Of a stretch of DNA of 64,000 nucleotides, positions 1 through 8,488 are shown in pieces. The notes under the pieces were generated by a model, which saw only the letters and a program-made list of their open reading frames with translations, did not search any database and was not told the origin of the DNA. How positions within the stretch are numbered: position 1 is the stretch's first letter; each line of letters begins with the position of its first letter. The DNA is from Caulobacterales bacterium (GTDB lineage Bacteria; Pseudomonadota; Alphaproteobacteria; Caulobacterales; Aquidulcibacteraceae). The translations under genes and the position numbers were made by a program. The stretch spans positions 270 through 64,269 of the forward strand of contig DASZPV010000145.1 of NCBI GenBank assembly GCA_035549875.1, in the 5' to 3' direction.

Positions 1-80
1 ATCTTGCGTTCAATACGTCCTGATCCCGCGCCAAAATCAGATCGTCCGCACACGGAGCGTAAGCCCGTGGCTATCGGCGT

Positions 81-198
81 TCTCTCTCCCGCGCGCGGGA
101 GAGGGGCAGGGGTGAGGGAGTCGGCGCAGAACTCAACGTCAGCAGAACGGGCCCTCATCCGGCGCTGCGCGCCACCTTCTCCCGCACGCGGGAGAAGG
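81..198. repeat. REP/MITE-like composite palindromic repeat: two GC-rich hairpins flanking a spacer
   Basis: Hairpin tctcccgcgcgcgggaga (85-102) is followed by ggggcaggggtgaggg. The spacer contains cagaactc, then gccctcatcc. A second hairpin is ccttctcccgcacgcgggagaagg (175-198). The same module recurs in inverted orientation at 61404-61442. Confidence 0.8.
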
Positions 199-214
199 AT
201 AAATACGCGCGCCC

Positions 215-889
215 CTACCCGCACACCTCAACCTGCCGCTGCACCTTTGCTTCCCAGCGGCATTCGGCGGAAAAATCGGCGACGCAGGTGGTGACGATGT
301 CGTTGACCTTGTTGCACGAGCAATCCTGGTCGCGCACTTTCCACACCGGATTGCGAAAATTGCCGCCGGAAGCGATGGCTTCGCAATTGGTCTTGGCTTG
401 GTCGTTGGCCATTTTCTTCGCCGCGGCGCAGGCCTGGGCTTCGGTTTTGCCATTGGTAGGAATGGAGCCCACGCCGCGCACCGACTGGTTGGACGCAATT
501 GGCGTTTCCTCCCACGCCTCGCGCTGTTCCTGATGGCACGTCAGCAGCGCATCGCGCGCGGTGGCCGCGTTCGGGCAATTGCTGAACGCGAGAATGTAGG
601 AATTATAATCGGCGCGCGTCTTGCTCTCCTGCGCTTTGCCCCACGCGACTTTTTCGGTCTCGGAAGAACATTCCTTCGCCTCCGTCGCCGGGCGCCCATT
701 GCCCGGCGCCACGATCACCACCGGCGCCTTTTCGGGCGGATGGATCAGATCCTGCAACTGCGTCTTTCCGGTGGTGACCGCATAGATCTGGTAAGCCGCC
801 GCCGCCGCGGCCGGTATGCCGGCCACCAACGCCAGCACCTTGATCGCGGTCCCGAGAAAATCCCCGCCGCCGCCCGCTTCCTTCGCCAT
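215..889 (-). CDS. hypothetical membrane-anchored Cys-rich protein (224 aa)
   Basis: ATG start. One N-terminal hydrophobic helix (FLGTAIKVLALVAGIPAAAAAAY), then a soluble domain with 10 Cys. No recognisable catalytic motif. Coding-like composition, visibly less GC-rich than its neighbours. Confidence 0.6.
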   Translation of the reverse strand: MAKEAGGGGDFLGTAIKVLALVAGIPAAAAAAYQIYAVTTGKTQLQDLIHPPEKAPVVIVAPGNGRPATEAKECSSETEKVAWGKAQESKTRADYNSYILAFSNCPNAATARDALLTCHQEQREAWEETPIASNQSVRGVGSIPTNGKTEAQACAAAKKMANDQAKTNCEAIASGGNFRNPVWKVRDQDCSCNKVNDIVTTCVADFSAECRWEAKVQRQVEVCG

Positions 890-932
890 GGCCGTGTCCC
901 CCCACGCAGAACCCGCGCCATATTACCCAGGA

Positions 933-1952
933 TCACCAGGGCGCAAAGTGCTTGCTCAGTTTCAGCCCCTGACCCTGGTAATTATTCACCCCGCTTTCGC
1001 CGTAGAGCCGCTTGGCCGGGGCCGAGAGCGGCTCGAACACCAGTTTGCCCACCGGCTGGCCATCTTCCAGGATGAACGGGGCGTCCCGCGCCCGCACTTC
1101 CAACACCGCCTTGCCCGGCTTGTCGATGCCAAAGCCGGGATCGAAAAAGCCGGCGTAATGCGCGCGGAACTCGCCAAGCTCCGGGCGGATCGGCGCCATC
1201 TCCGCCGCCTCGTCGGCCGGGATCAGCACGTTTTCCTTCGACGCGAAAATGTAAAATTCGCCCGGATCAAGCACCAGCGTGCCGCCGCGCGCCGCCAGCG
1301 GCTCCCAGAAATCGCGCGGATCGTAGGCGCCGATGCGTCCCAGATCGATCACTCCGGCATGGCGCTTGGCGCGAAAGCCCACCGGACCTTTCAGCGCCAG
1401 ATCGATCGAGAAATTGGATTCATGTTTCGGATGCGTCGGCCCGCGGCGAAACCGCAACTGGCTCAGCCGATCGCCCGGCCGCACCAGAATCGAAAACGTG
1501 CGCGGACAAATCTCCGCCCACAGCGGCCCCGCATAACCCGCCGGCACATGATCGAACGCGGTGGCGCCATCGACCGAAAGACGCGTGAATACGTCGATCC
1601 GCCCGGTCGAGCTTTTCGGGTTCGCCGCGCCATGCAAAAAATCCGGCAGCTCGACTTCCTCCTGCAACGGCGCCAGATAAACGCAGCCCGTTTCCAGAAC
1701 GGCGCCGCGCGAAATATCGATCTCGTGCATCACCAGATCGCGCGTCAGCCGCTCTGCGACCTTGACGCCGGCGCCGGGCAAAAAGCTGGCGCGCACGCGA
1801 AACACTTTGTCGGACAAGCGCAGGTCGAGGCTGGCGGGCTGAATCTGGTCGGCCACGAACGGGGCGGCGGCGCTCACCCAGCCGTGCTCAGCCGCCTTCT
1901 CGATCTCGCCGTCCGGCAGAACGCCGTCCGGCAGAACGCCGTGGGTGGGCAT
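933..1952 (-). CDS. dcd: 2'-deoxycytidine 5'-triphosphate deaminase, long (about 340 aa) alphaproteobacterial form
   Basis: The full-length ORF reads like the long dCTP deaminase family (ASLDLRL..., GCVYLAPLQE, NPKSSTGRIDVFTR, AGFFDPGFG). Confidence 0.8.
   Translation of the reverse strand: MPTHGVLPDGVLPDGEIEKAAEHGWVSAAAPFVADQIQPASLDLRLSDKVFRVRASFLPGAGVKVAERLTRDLVMHEIDISRGAVLETGCVYLAPLQEEVELPDFLHGAANPKSSTGRIDVFTRLSVDGATAFDHVPAGYAGPLWAEICPRTFSILVRPGDRLSQLRFRRGPTHPKHESNFSIDLALKGPVGFRAKRHAGVIDLGRIGAYDPRDFWEPLAARGGTLVLDPGEFYIFASKENVLIPADEAAEMAPIRPELGEFRAHYAGFFDPGFGIDKPGKAVLEVRARDAPFILEDGQPVGKLVFEPLSAPAKRLYGESGVNNYQGQGLKLSKHFAPW
1908..1943. repeat. 15-nt tandem direct repeat (about 2.4 copies) inside the 5' end of dcd
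   Basis: cgccgtccggcagaa occurs at 1908-1922 and 1923-1937, then a partial cgccgt. It encodes GVLPDGVLPDG at the N-terminus. Confidence 0.85.
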
Positions 1953-2069
1953 CGCGATTCGCTCCTGCGTTAATTTGCTGACGTGATGTCAACGCGTTGT
2001 CCACTCCCCGCCCGCCTTGCGGCGCCGGGTCGGGCAGAGCCACGGATTGATAAGGCTCTATGTTGAGTC

Positions 2070-2223
2070 CGGTCGATCGGTCGTCCCCCTCCTCTATCTC
2101 CTCCCCACAAGGGGGAGGAGAAGCGCTCCTTCTGCATGCGCATCGGACATACCTCCCGCCATCAAGCACCTTCCTCCCCCCTCGTGGGGGAGGAATGAGG
2201 TGGGGGGGAACAACCGATCGACG
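2070..2223. repeat. MITE/REP-like element: two CTCCCC/GGGGAG hairpins bracketed by a terminal inverted repeat
   Basis: Hairpins are ctcctccccacaagggggaggag (2098-2120) and ttcctcccccctcgtgggggaggaa (2171-2195). Outer inverted repeat is cggtcgatcggt (2070-) versus accgatcgacg (-2223). Confidence 0.7.
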
Positions 2224-2315
2224 AGGCGCTACGTTGGGTCCGGTTCCGCCCGACCCGGACCCTGCAAGAAGACGGTTCAACTTGACCACACGGAGCCCTC
2301 TGCTAAACGCCTCTT

Positions 2316-2366
2316 GCGCCGATTTGAGTTCAGCTTGCGGGCGCGGAATAAATGCCGCTAAAGCGA
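2316..2366 (+). promoter_or_regulatory. candidate SAM-II riboswitch in the metZ leader
   Basis: P1 stem GCGCC/GGCGC encloses a loop GAUUUGAGUUCAGCUUGCG. The 3' tail AAAUGCCGCUAAAGC could pair with the loop GCUU to form a pseudoknot. It lies about 75 nt upstream of metZ, a classic SAM-II-regulated gene in alphaproteobacteria. The consensus was recalled from memory and not scored. Confidence 0.45.
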
Positions 2367-2439
2367 AGAAACGGGCCCCTCGCCCGCTCTTCCACGCAAG
2401 CCATACGATGGGCGCGTTGAAAGACGTGAAGGACGTTTC

Positions 2440-3636
2440 ATGGCTGAGAAAGACGAGGCCGAGAAAAACTGGCGCCCCGCCACCAAACTGGTCCGCGGCG
2501 GGCAGACGCGCAGCCAGCACAAGGAAACCGCCGAGGCCATCTTCATGACCTCCGGCTTTGTCTATGACAGCGCCGCGGAGGCCGACGCCCGCTTTGCCGG
2601 CGCCAGCCCCGGCTATCTTTACGGCCGCTACGCCAACCCCACGATCCGCATGTTCGAAGAGCGCCTCATGGCTCTCGAAGGCGCCGAGGAATGCATCGCC
2701 GTGGGCAGCGGCATGGCGGCGGTGAACACCGCCCTGCTCGCCAATGTGAAGGCGGGAGACCGCGTGATCGGCGCGCGGGCGATGTTTGCGTCGTGCCTGT
2801 GGATTTTGGATACGCTGCTGCCGCGCCTTGGCGTGGATGTCGTCTGGGTCGATGGCGACGACCTCAATCAGTGGCGCGAGGCGGCGAAAAAGCCAGTGAA
2901 GCTGGCGCTGATCGAGACGCCGTCCAACCCGGTGCTCGGCGCGGTGGATATCGCGGCGGTCGCGGAGATCGTGCACAAGGCCGGCGGCTGGCTGATTGTC
3001 GATAACGTATTTGCGTCCGTCGTGCTGCAAAAGCCGCTGACGTTCGGCGCCGACCTTGTCGTCTATTCCACCACAAAACATATCGACGGCCAGGGCCGCA
3101 CGCTCGGCGGCGCGATCCTGGGAGACAAAGCCAAGATCGACGAAAATATCCGCGAATTCCTGCGCCACACGGGACCGGCGATTTCGCCGTTCAATGCGTG
3201 GGTTTGCCTGAAGGGCCTGGAGACAATTACGCTCCGCGTCGAACAGATGAGCCGCAACGCCGCGCTCGTCGCCGATGCGCTGGCGCGCCATCCGAAGGTC
3301 GAGCGGCTGTTTTATCCCGGGCGCGACGATCATCCCCAGCGCGCGATCCACAAAAAGCAGATGAGCGCCGGCGGCACGCTGGTTTCGTTCGATGTAAAGG
3401 GCGGCCGTGAAGGGGCCTGGAAATTCCTCGACGCGCTGGCGCTGATCGACATTTCCAACAATCTCGGCGACGCAAAATCCCTCGCGACGCATCCGCAAAC
3501 GACGACGCACCGGCGCATCAGCGAAGAGGCGCGCGCCCATATCGGCGTGAACCCCGGATCGATCCGCCTTTCCGTCGGCCTGGAAGACGCGCAGGACTTG
3601 ATCGGCGATCTGACGCAGGCTTTGGCAAAAGCATGA
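2440..3636 (+). CDS. metZ: O-succinylhomoserine sulfhydrylase (PLP-dependent Cys/Met metabolism family)
   Basis: 398 aa. N-terminus WRPATKLVRGGQTRSQHKETAEAIFMTSGFVYDSAAEA, PLP-lysine region YSTTKHIDGQGR. Confidence 0.9.
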   Translation: MAEKDEAEKNWRPATKLVRGGQTRSQHKETAEAIFMTSGFVYDSAAEADARFAGASPGYLYGRYANPTIRMFEERLMALEGAEECIAVGSGMAAVNTALLANVKAGDRVIGARAMFASCLWILDTLLPRLGVDVVWVDGDDLNQWREAAKKPVKLALIETPSNPVLGAVDIAAVAEIVHKAGGWLIVDNVFASVVLQKPLTFGADLVVYSTTKHIDGQGRTLGGAILGDKAKIDENIREFLRHTGPAISPFNAWVCLKGLETITLRVEQMSRNAALVADALARHPKVERLFYPGRDDHPQRAIHKKQMSAGGTLVSFDVKGGREGAWKFLDALALIDISNNLGDAKSLATHPQTTTHRRISEEARAHIGVNPGSIRLSVGLEDAQDLIGDLTQALAKA

Positions 3637-4040
3637 GCACGCCGCTTTATGAAAGAGAGACGAACGGCGTGCGCGTACGCGCCGCGCCCTCGTTTCTCGA
3701 TCACGAATCCAATCCGGCGGAAAACCGCTACGTCTGGGCCTACACGATCGAAATCGTAAACGAGCGCGCCCGCGCCGTGCGCCTGATGCACCGCTACTGG
3801 CGGATCACGGATGCGGCGGGCCTGACGCAGGAAGTCCGCGGTCCCGGCGTCGTCGGCAAGCAGCCGCTGATCGAGCCGGGCGAAGCCTTCAGCTATACGA
3901 GCGCCTGCCCGCTCGCCGCGCCCGCCGGCATGATGCAGGGCGTCTACGACATGATCGATTCCGCCGACGGCGCCCATCTCGAAATCGAAATTCCCGCCTT
4001 CGCGCTCGACAGCCCGTTCGCCAGCCGCCTGGCGAACTAG
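3633..4040 (+). CDS. apaG: ApaG (DUF525) protein
   Basis: 135 aa with typical ApaG sequence (YVWAYTIEIVN..., RYWRITDAAG, VRGPGVVGKQPLIEPGEAFSYTS). ATGA overlap with the metZ stop. Confidence 0.9.
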   Translation: MSTPLYERETNGVRVRAAPSFLDHESNPAENRYVWAYTIEIVNERARAVRLMHRYWRITDAAGLTQEVRGPGVVGKQPLIEPGEAFSYTSACPLAAPAGMMQGVYDMIDSADGAHLEIEIPAFALDSPFASRLAN

Positions 4041-4186
4041 ATGAGACCCCCACTTCTCGGCCCCGGTTTCGCGCAGCGAAGACCGTGGTCCATAAACGCA
4101 AACGCTAGATATTGTCCTGCATCGACTGGGATTATGGGCCCCCGCCTGCGCGGGGGCCGAGAGCGCTTGCCCGGCGCCAGTGCGCA

Positions 4187-5044
4187 ATGAGCCCGCAAAT
4201 CCTCTCCACGCTCGACGACATCCTCGCCGATTACGACGCGCTGTATTGCGACATCTGGGGCGTGATCCATAACGGCCGCGGCGTCTACAAGCCGGCCTGC
4301 GATGCGCTGTTGCGCGCGCGCGCCGCGGGCAAGCTCGTGGTGCTGATCACCAATGCGCCCAAGCCGCGCGATCCGATCCCCGGCCAGCTCGCGCGCCTCG
4401 GCGCGCCTGCGGAGATATACGATGCGATCGTCACCTCGGGCGATGCAACGCGCGCCGAACTCGCTGCCCGCGCGCCCGGCCCGATGTACAAGATCGGGCC
4501 CGATCACGACCGCGATCTATGGGCCGGGCTCGGCTTGCAGCAGGCCGGTTTGAGCGATGCGCAATTCCTCGCCGTGTCAGGCCTCAACGACGACAAAACG
4601 GAAACGCCGGCCGATTACGCTGACATTTTGCGCGCCGCGCACGCGCGCAACCTTGAACTGATCTGCGCCAACCCCGACATTATCGTGCAAGTCGGCGACC
4701 GGCTCGTCTGGTGCGCGGGGGCGCTTGCGCGCGACTATGAGCGCATGGGCGGACGCGTGATCATGGCCGGCAAACCGTTCGACCCGATCTACCAGCAAGC
4801 CGCCCGCGAATGCGCGCGCATCGCCGGGCGCACAATCGCGCCAGCGCGCATTCTCGCTATCGGCGACGGCATCGGCACCGACGTGCGCGGCGCCAATGGG
4901 CGGGGGCTCGACTGCCTGTTCATCGCCTCAGGCATGCATGGCGAAAAGCTGACAAGCCAAGGGCGACTCGATACAGCCAAGGTCGAGGCCGCGCTCGCCG
5001 CCGAGGGCGCGCACGCCCGCTACGTCATGACCGCCCTTGCCTAG
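4187..5044 (+). CDS. HAD-superfamily class IIA hydrolase (TIGR01459-like)
   Basis: ATG at 4187. DIWGVIHNG nucleophile motif and C-terminal GDGIGTDVRGA motif. The upstream part of the 4112 ORF looks non-coding. Confidence 0.8.
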   Translation: MSPQILSTLDDILADYDALYCDIWGVIHNGRGVYKPACDALLRARAAGKLVVLITNAPKPRDPIPGQLARLGAPAEIYDAIVTSGDATRAELAARAPGPMYKIGPDHDRDLWAGLGLQQAGLSDAQFLAVSGLNDDKTETPADYADILRAAHARNLELICANPDIIVQVGDRLVWCAGALARDYERMGGRVIMAGKPFDPIYQQAARECARIAGRTIAPARILAIGDGIGTDVRGANGRGLDCLFIASGMHGEKLTSQGRLDTAKVEAALAAEGAHARYVMTALA

Positions 5045-5129
5045 GGTCGGGTTTAGGCAGTTTGTCCCCTTGCCGCCTGCCTCGCGCTGCGCCAGTTTCC
5101 CGCCGCGCGAAGAGATAGGGATTGGCGTG

Positions 5130-5660
5130 ATGCGTGCGTTTTTACTTGGCCTGACCGCCCTTGCACTCGCCGCCTGTTCGCGGCCCCCGGAGGCGGCGCC
5201 CGCCACGCCGCCGGAAGTTCAGCGCCTTGTCGACGAAGCCGAAATCGTCAAGCTCGCGGCCTCGCTTGACGACGCCGTCGACCGCAAGGACTGGGCGGCG
5301 GCGCGCGCCTGTTTCGAAGACGAAGTGGATGTCGATTTTTCCTCGCTCGGCGGCACGCCGAGCCGCATCACCGCCACCGGCCTCGTCGGCAATTGGCAGA
5401 CGGCGCTGACGCCGGAAAAGCAAAGCTTTCACCTGCGCGGCGATCCGGTGGTGACGATTGCCGGCGATGCCGCCACGATGGTTTCGCACGGCTACGCCTG
5501 GAACAAACTCACCACCGCCAAGGGTGAACCGCTCTGGGAGGTGTGGGGCGTGTACGAACACCGCTTCGCACGCTCGCCGCAGGGCTGGCGCATCAGCGGC
5601 ATGAAATTCGTCAAAACGCATGAGCGCGGCGATCCCTCCGTGCGCGGCGGCTCGGGCTGA
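5130..5660 (+). CDS. NTF2/SnoaL-like fold lipoprotein
   Basis: ATG at 5130. Signal peptide with lipobox LALAAC, followed by SnoaL-like pattern (KDWAAARACFEDEVDVDF). Confidence 0.65.
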   Translation: MRAFLLGLTALALAACSRPPEAAPATPPEVQRLVDEAEIVKLAASLDDAVDRKDWAAARACFEDEVDVDFSSLGGTPSRITATGLVGNWQTALTPEKQSFHLRGDPVVTIAGDAATMVSHGYAWNKLTTAKGEPLWEVWGVYEHRFARSPQGWRISGMKFVKTHERGDPSVRGGSG

Positions 5661-5700
5661 ACGGAAAACTTATCCTACAGCGCCGGAACGGTGGTAGTGT

Positions 5701-6078
5701 TCAATCGCCCAAAACGGCGGCGATCTTGGACTTGAGCGTGACCGCGTTGAACGGCTTGACGATATAATTGTCCACGCCCGCGCCCTTGGCGACCATCACC
5801 TTGTCGCCCTTGGATTCGGCGCTGACCATGATGAAGGGCGTTTCCTTGAGCATCTCGTCCTTGCGCATTTCGCGCACCAGTTCGAGCCCGCTCATCGGCT
5901 CCATGTACCAGTCGGAAATGACCAGGCCGAAGGGCTTTTCGCGCATGCGCGTGAGCGCCAGGCCGCCATCCTGGGCCTCTTCGACATTCGTAAAGCCGAT
6001 CTGCTTCAGCAGATTCTTCAGGATGCGGACGATCGTCGCGTGATCGTCAACCACCAGAATCGGCAGGCCAGCGTCCAA
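5701..6078 (-). CDS. single-domain CheY-like response regulator
   Basis: 125 aa, closely CheY-like (ILVVDD..., phospho-acceptor in VISDWYMEPMSG, conserved K in YIVKPF). TTG start. Confidence 0.85.
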   Translation of the reverse strand: MDAGLPILVVDDHATIVRILKNLLKQIGFTNVEEAQDGGLALTRMREKPFGLVISDWYMEPMSGLELVREMRKDEMLKETPFIMVSAESKGDKVMVAKGAGVDNYIVKPFNAVTLKSKIAAVLGD

Positions 6079-6199
6079 AGCCGTGGGTCCCCGTGTTAAG
6101 CTTTAAGCGCCCAAATCGGGGCTTGCGCCGTCCGCGCGAATGGCAGCATAGGGGCGGCACCGTTAAAGAACCGGTAAACATTTGGACCCGCGCTTGGCC

Positions 6200-6634
6200 A
6201 TGACGCGCTATTTTGAAGATTTGTCCGTCGGCATGGCCGCCGAAGCCACGCGCCTGGTGTCCGAAGCGGACGTGGCCGCCTTCGCCGCCGTGTCCGGAGA
6301 TCACAATCCCGTCCATATGGACGCCGCCTACGCCGCGGCGACGCCGTTTCGCGCGCGCATAGCGCACGGCGCGCTAATCGCCTCGTTCGTCTCGGCGCTG
6401 ATGGCCGCGGAGGTGCCCGGTCCGGGGGGAATTTATATTTCCCAGACGGTGAATTTCCGCCGGCCCGTGAAGATCGGCGACGAAGTCGCCACCAAGGTTT
6501 CCATTGCCGCGCTAGACGTGACCAAGTCCCACGTCACCATCGCCTTTGAATGTTCCGTCGCCGGACGAACCGTGATGGACGGAGAAGCGCTGGTGATCGT
6601 GCCGCGGCGCCGGCGCGCGCGCGCGAGCGTCTGA
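6200..6634 (+). CDS. MaoC-like (R)-specific enoyl-CoA hydratase / hot-dog dehydratase
   Basis: SGDHNPVHMD hydratase motif and hot-dog fold length. ATG at 6200 (alternative TTG at 6182). Confidence 0.8.
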   Translation: MTRYFEDLSVGMAAEATRLVSEADVAAFAAVSGDHNPVHMDAAYAAATPFRARIAHGALIASFVSALMAAEVPGPGGIYISQTVNFRRPVKIGDEVATKVSIAALDVTKSHVTIAFECSVAGRTVMDGEALVIVPRRRRARASV

Positions 6635-6636
6635 GC

Positions 6637-7563
6637 GTGGAAGTTTTTTCCGATCATGGCGCCGCGCCCGCGCCCTTGCGCGGCGCCGCTATCGCGCTTG
6701 GCAATTTCGACGGCGTTCATCGCGGCCATCAGGCGGTGATCGGCGTCGCCGCGGACGCGGCCCGGAAGCGAGGCTTAAGGCTCGCCGCCGCCGTATTCGA
6801 GCCCCATCCGCGGCAATTCTTTCAGCCAAACGCCGCGCCGTTTCGGCTGCAAAGCCCCGGCCAGCGCCTGCGCGCGCTGGCCGCGCTGGGCGTTGAGATC
6901 GTCTTCCAGATCGCGTTCGACGCCGAACTCGCAGCGCTCACCGATGAGGATTTTGCGCGGCTGCAATTGTCCGAACGGATCGGCGCGTCGCACGTGGCGA
7001 TTGGCGCCGATTTCACCTTCGGGAAGGGCCGCATGGGCGATGCCCATTCGCTGGCGGCGGCGGGCGGACGCAACGGATTTTCGGTGAGCGTTACGCAGGT
7101 GCTGACCGAAAGCGGAACCGACAAAGTCTCTTCCTCCACTATTCGCGCGGCGATCGAAGGCGGCCGCATGAGGGAAGCCGCCGCGCTGCTGACGCGCCCT
7201 TGGGCGATCGAAGGCATCGTGTTGCCGGGCGCGGCGCGCGGGCGCACGATCGGCTTTCCCACCGCCAACCTCGCGCTCGGCGCTTATCAGCGGCCGCGCT
7301 TTGGCGTCTATGCGGTGCGCGTAGATGCCGGCGGCGTCAGGCGCGATGGCGTGGCCAACGTCGGCGTTCGGCCCACAATCGGCGGCGGCGACGAGCCGCT
7401 TGTAGAGGTCAATGTTTTCGATTTCGAGGGCGACCTTTACGGCCGCCGCATCGAGGTGGAATTGATCAAATTCCTGCGGCCGGAACAGAAATTTGAAAAT
7501 CTGGATGCACTGAAAGTTCAGATCGCAGAAGACGCAATCGCCGCAAAGGCCGCATTACTGTAG
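6637..7563 (+). CDS. ribF: bifunctional riboflavin kinase / FMN adenylyltransferase
   Basis: GNFDGVHRGHQ nucleotidyltransferase motif and C-terminal riboflavin kinase (GFPTANL..., VEVNVFDFEGDLYG). GTG at 6637, just after the maoC-like stop. Confidence 0.9.
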   Translation: MEVFSDHGAAPAPLRGAAIALGNFDGVHRGHQAVIGVAADAARKRGLRLAAAVFEPHPRQFFQPNAAPFRLQSPGQRLRALAALGVEIVFQIAFDAELAALTDEDFARLQLSERIGASHVAIGADFTFGKGRMGDAHSLAAAGGRNGFSVSVTQVLTESGTDKVSSSTIRAAIEGGRMREAAALLTRPWAIEGIVLPGAARGRTIGFPTANLALGAYQRPRFGVYAVRVDAGGVRRDGVANVGVRPTIGGGDEPLVEVNVFDFEGDLYGRRIEVELIKFLRPEQKFENLDALKVQIAEDAIAAKAALL

Positions 7564-7567
7564 TACG

Positions 7568-8488
7568 TCATCCCGGCTTCAAATCCTCCGGCGCGATCAG
7601 GTAGAGGCGCGAGCAGAATTCGCAATGGGCGTGGATGAGGCCGTCGGGCTCCACCAGATCGGCCATCTCCTCATCGTCGAATTGCGATAGCAAGGCTGTC
7701 AGCCGGTCGCGGTCACAATGGCATTTTTCGATCAGCGGTTCGGGATCAGCCATGCGCACGCCGTCTTCGTGAAACAGGCGATAGAGCACGCGCGACGCGG
7801 GCAACGCCGGATCGAGCACTTCCTGATCGGTCAGCGTCGCAAACAGGATTTCGGCCCGCGCCCAGGCATCGTCGGTCATGCCGCGCGCCGAATCGCCCGC
7901 GATTTTCTGCAGCAGCGCCCCGCCCGCGCGCCAGGCGGCGCGCTCGCCACGCGCGTAGGTTTCGCCGACCGCCAGCCTGATCCGCGTCGGTGCTTGTTCG
8001 GATTGCGCGAAATATGATTCCGCGCATTGGGCCAGCGTTGCCCCGCCCAGCGGCACCACGCCCTGATAACGCGCGCCGCCCTCGCCCTCCAGCGTCATCA
8101 CCAGTGCGCCGGCGCCGAGCAAATCGGCGGGCGGCGCCGTATTCATCGCCGCCAGTTTCTCACGCGCGGCTTTTTCGATGCGCGCATAACCGCGCAGGCT
8201 TTTTTCGCCGCTGCGATATTCGGCCACCAGCAGCGGCACATCGCCCTTGCCTTCGGCCTGCACGATCAGGCGCCCCCTGACTTTGAGCAGCGAGCCCACC
8301 AGCGCCGCGAGCGTCAGCGCTTCGCCGAGCAGCAGCGCGACGGGCCGCGGATAATCGTGCCGGCGCAAAATCGGATCGATGACGCGATCGGCCAAACGCG
8401 CATATCGCCCCAGCGCTGGCGCGCCTTCGATCTGAAACGCCGCGACCATGTCGTCGAGCGGCGTGGCGATCACATCTTTCCCAGACAC
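7568..8488 (-). CDS. hslO: Hsp33-family redox-regulated chaperone
   Basis: C-terminal zinc centre CHCDRD...HCEFCSRLY. The start is uncertain: GTG at 8488 or 8491, or ATG at 8449. The longer 8605 start would run deep into argF. Confidence 0.8.
   Translation of the reverse strand: MSGKDVIATPLDDMVAAFQIEGAPALGRYARLADRVIDPILRRHDYPRPVALLLGEALTLAALVGSLLKVRGRLIVQAEGKGDVPLLVAEYRSGEKSLRGYARIEKAAREKLAAMNTAPPADLLGAGALVMTLEGEGGARYQGVVPLGGATLAQCAESYFAQSEQAPTRIRLAVGETYARGERAAWRAGGALLQKIAGDSARGMTDDAWARAEILFATLTDQEVLDPALPASRVLYRLFHEDGVRMADPEPLIEKCHCDRDRLTALLSQFDDEEMADLVEPDGLIHAHCEFCSRLYLIAPEDLKPG

Noticed and set aside
4-294. 96-aa plus-strand ORF at the window start
   Set aside because: It is generated by reading through the REP element (SPARGRGAGVRE... 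and PPSPARGRR are the translated hairpins). There is no coding signal.
1888-3540. 550-aa minus-strand ORF, and many similar long ORFs in the track. Examples: 398..1075, 816..1973, 8027..8830, 9165..10658, 15245..16288, 16319..17746, 18804..19784, 24490..25851, 28630..30033, 35604..36491, 44196..45227, 53468..54757, 62553..63716.
   Set aside because: They lie antisense to, or out of frame with, genes that have strong family signatures. Their products are Arg/Ala/Gly/Pro-rich low-complexity sequence typical of shadow ORFs in high-GC DNA. They show no motifs and implausible overlaps.
4056-4166. Inverted repeat tctcggcccc ... ggggccgaga and local hairpin ggcccccgc-ctgc-gcgggggcc between apaG and the HAD gene
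   Set aside because: It could be a terminator or REP remnant, but there is no T-tract, no second copy in the window, and the arms are short. Evidence is insufficient to call a feature.
5701-6078. CheY-like gene as part of a chemotaxis cluster
   Set aside because: No cheA, cheW, cheB, cheR or MCP genes are nearby. It is treated as an orphan single-domain response regulator with unknown partner.
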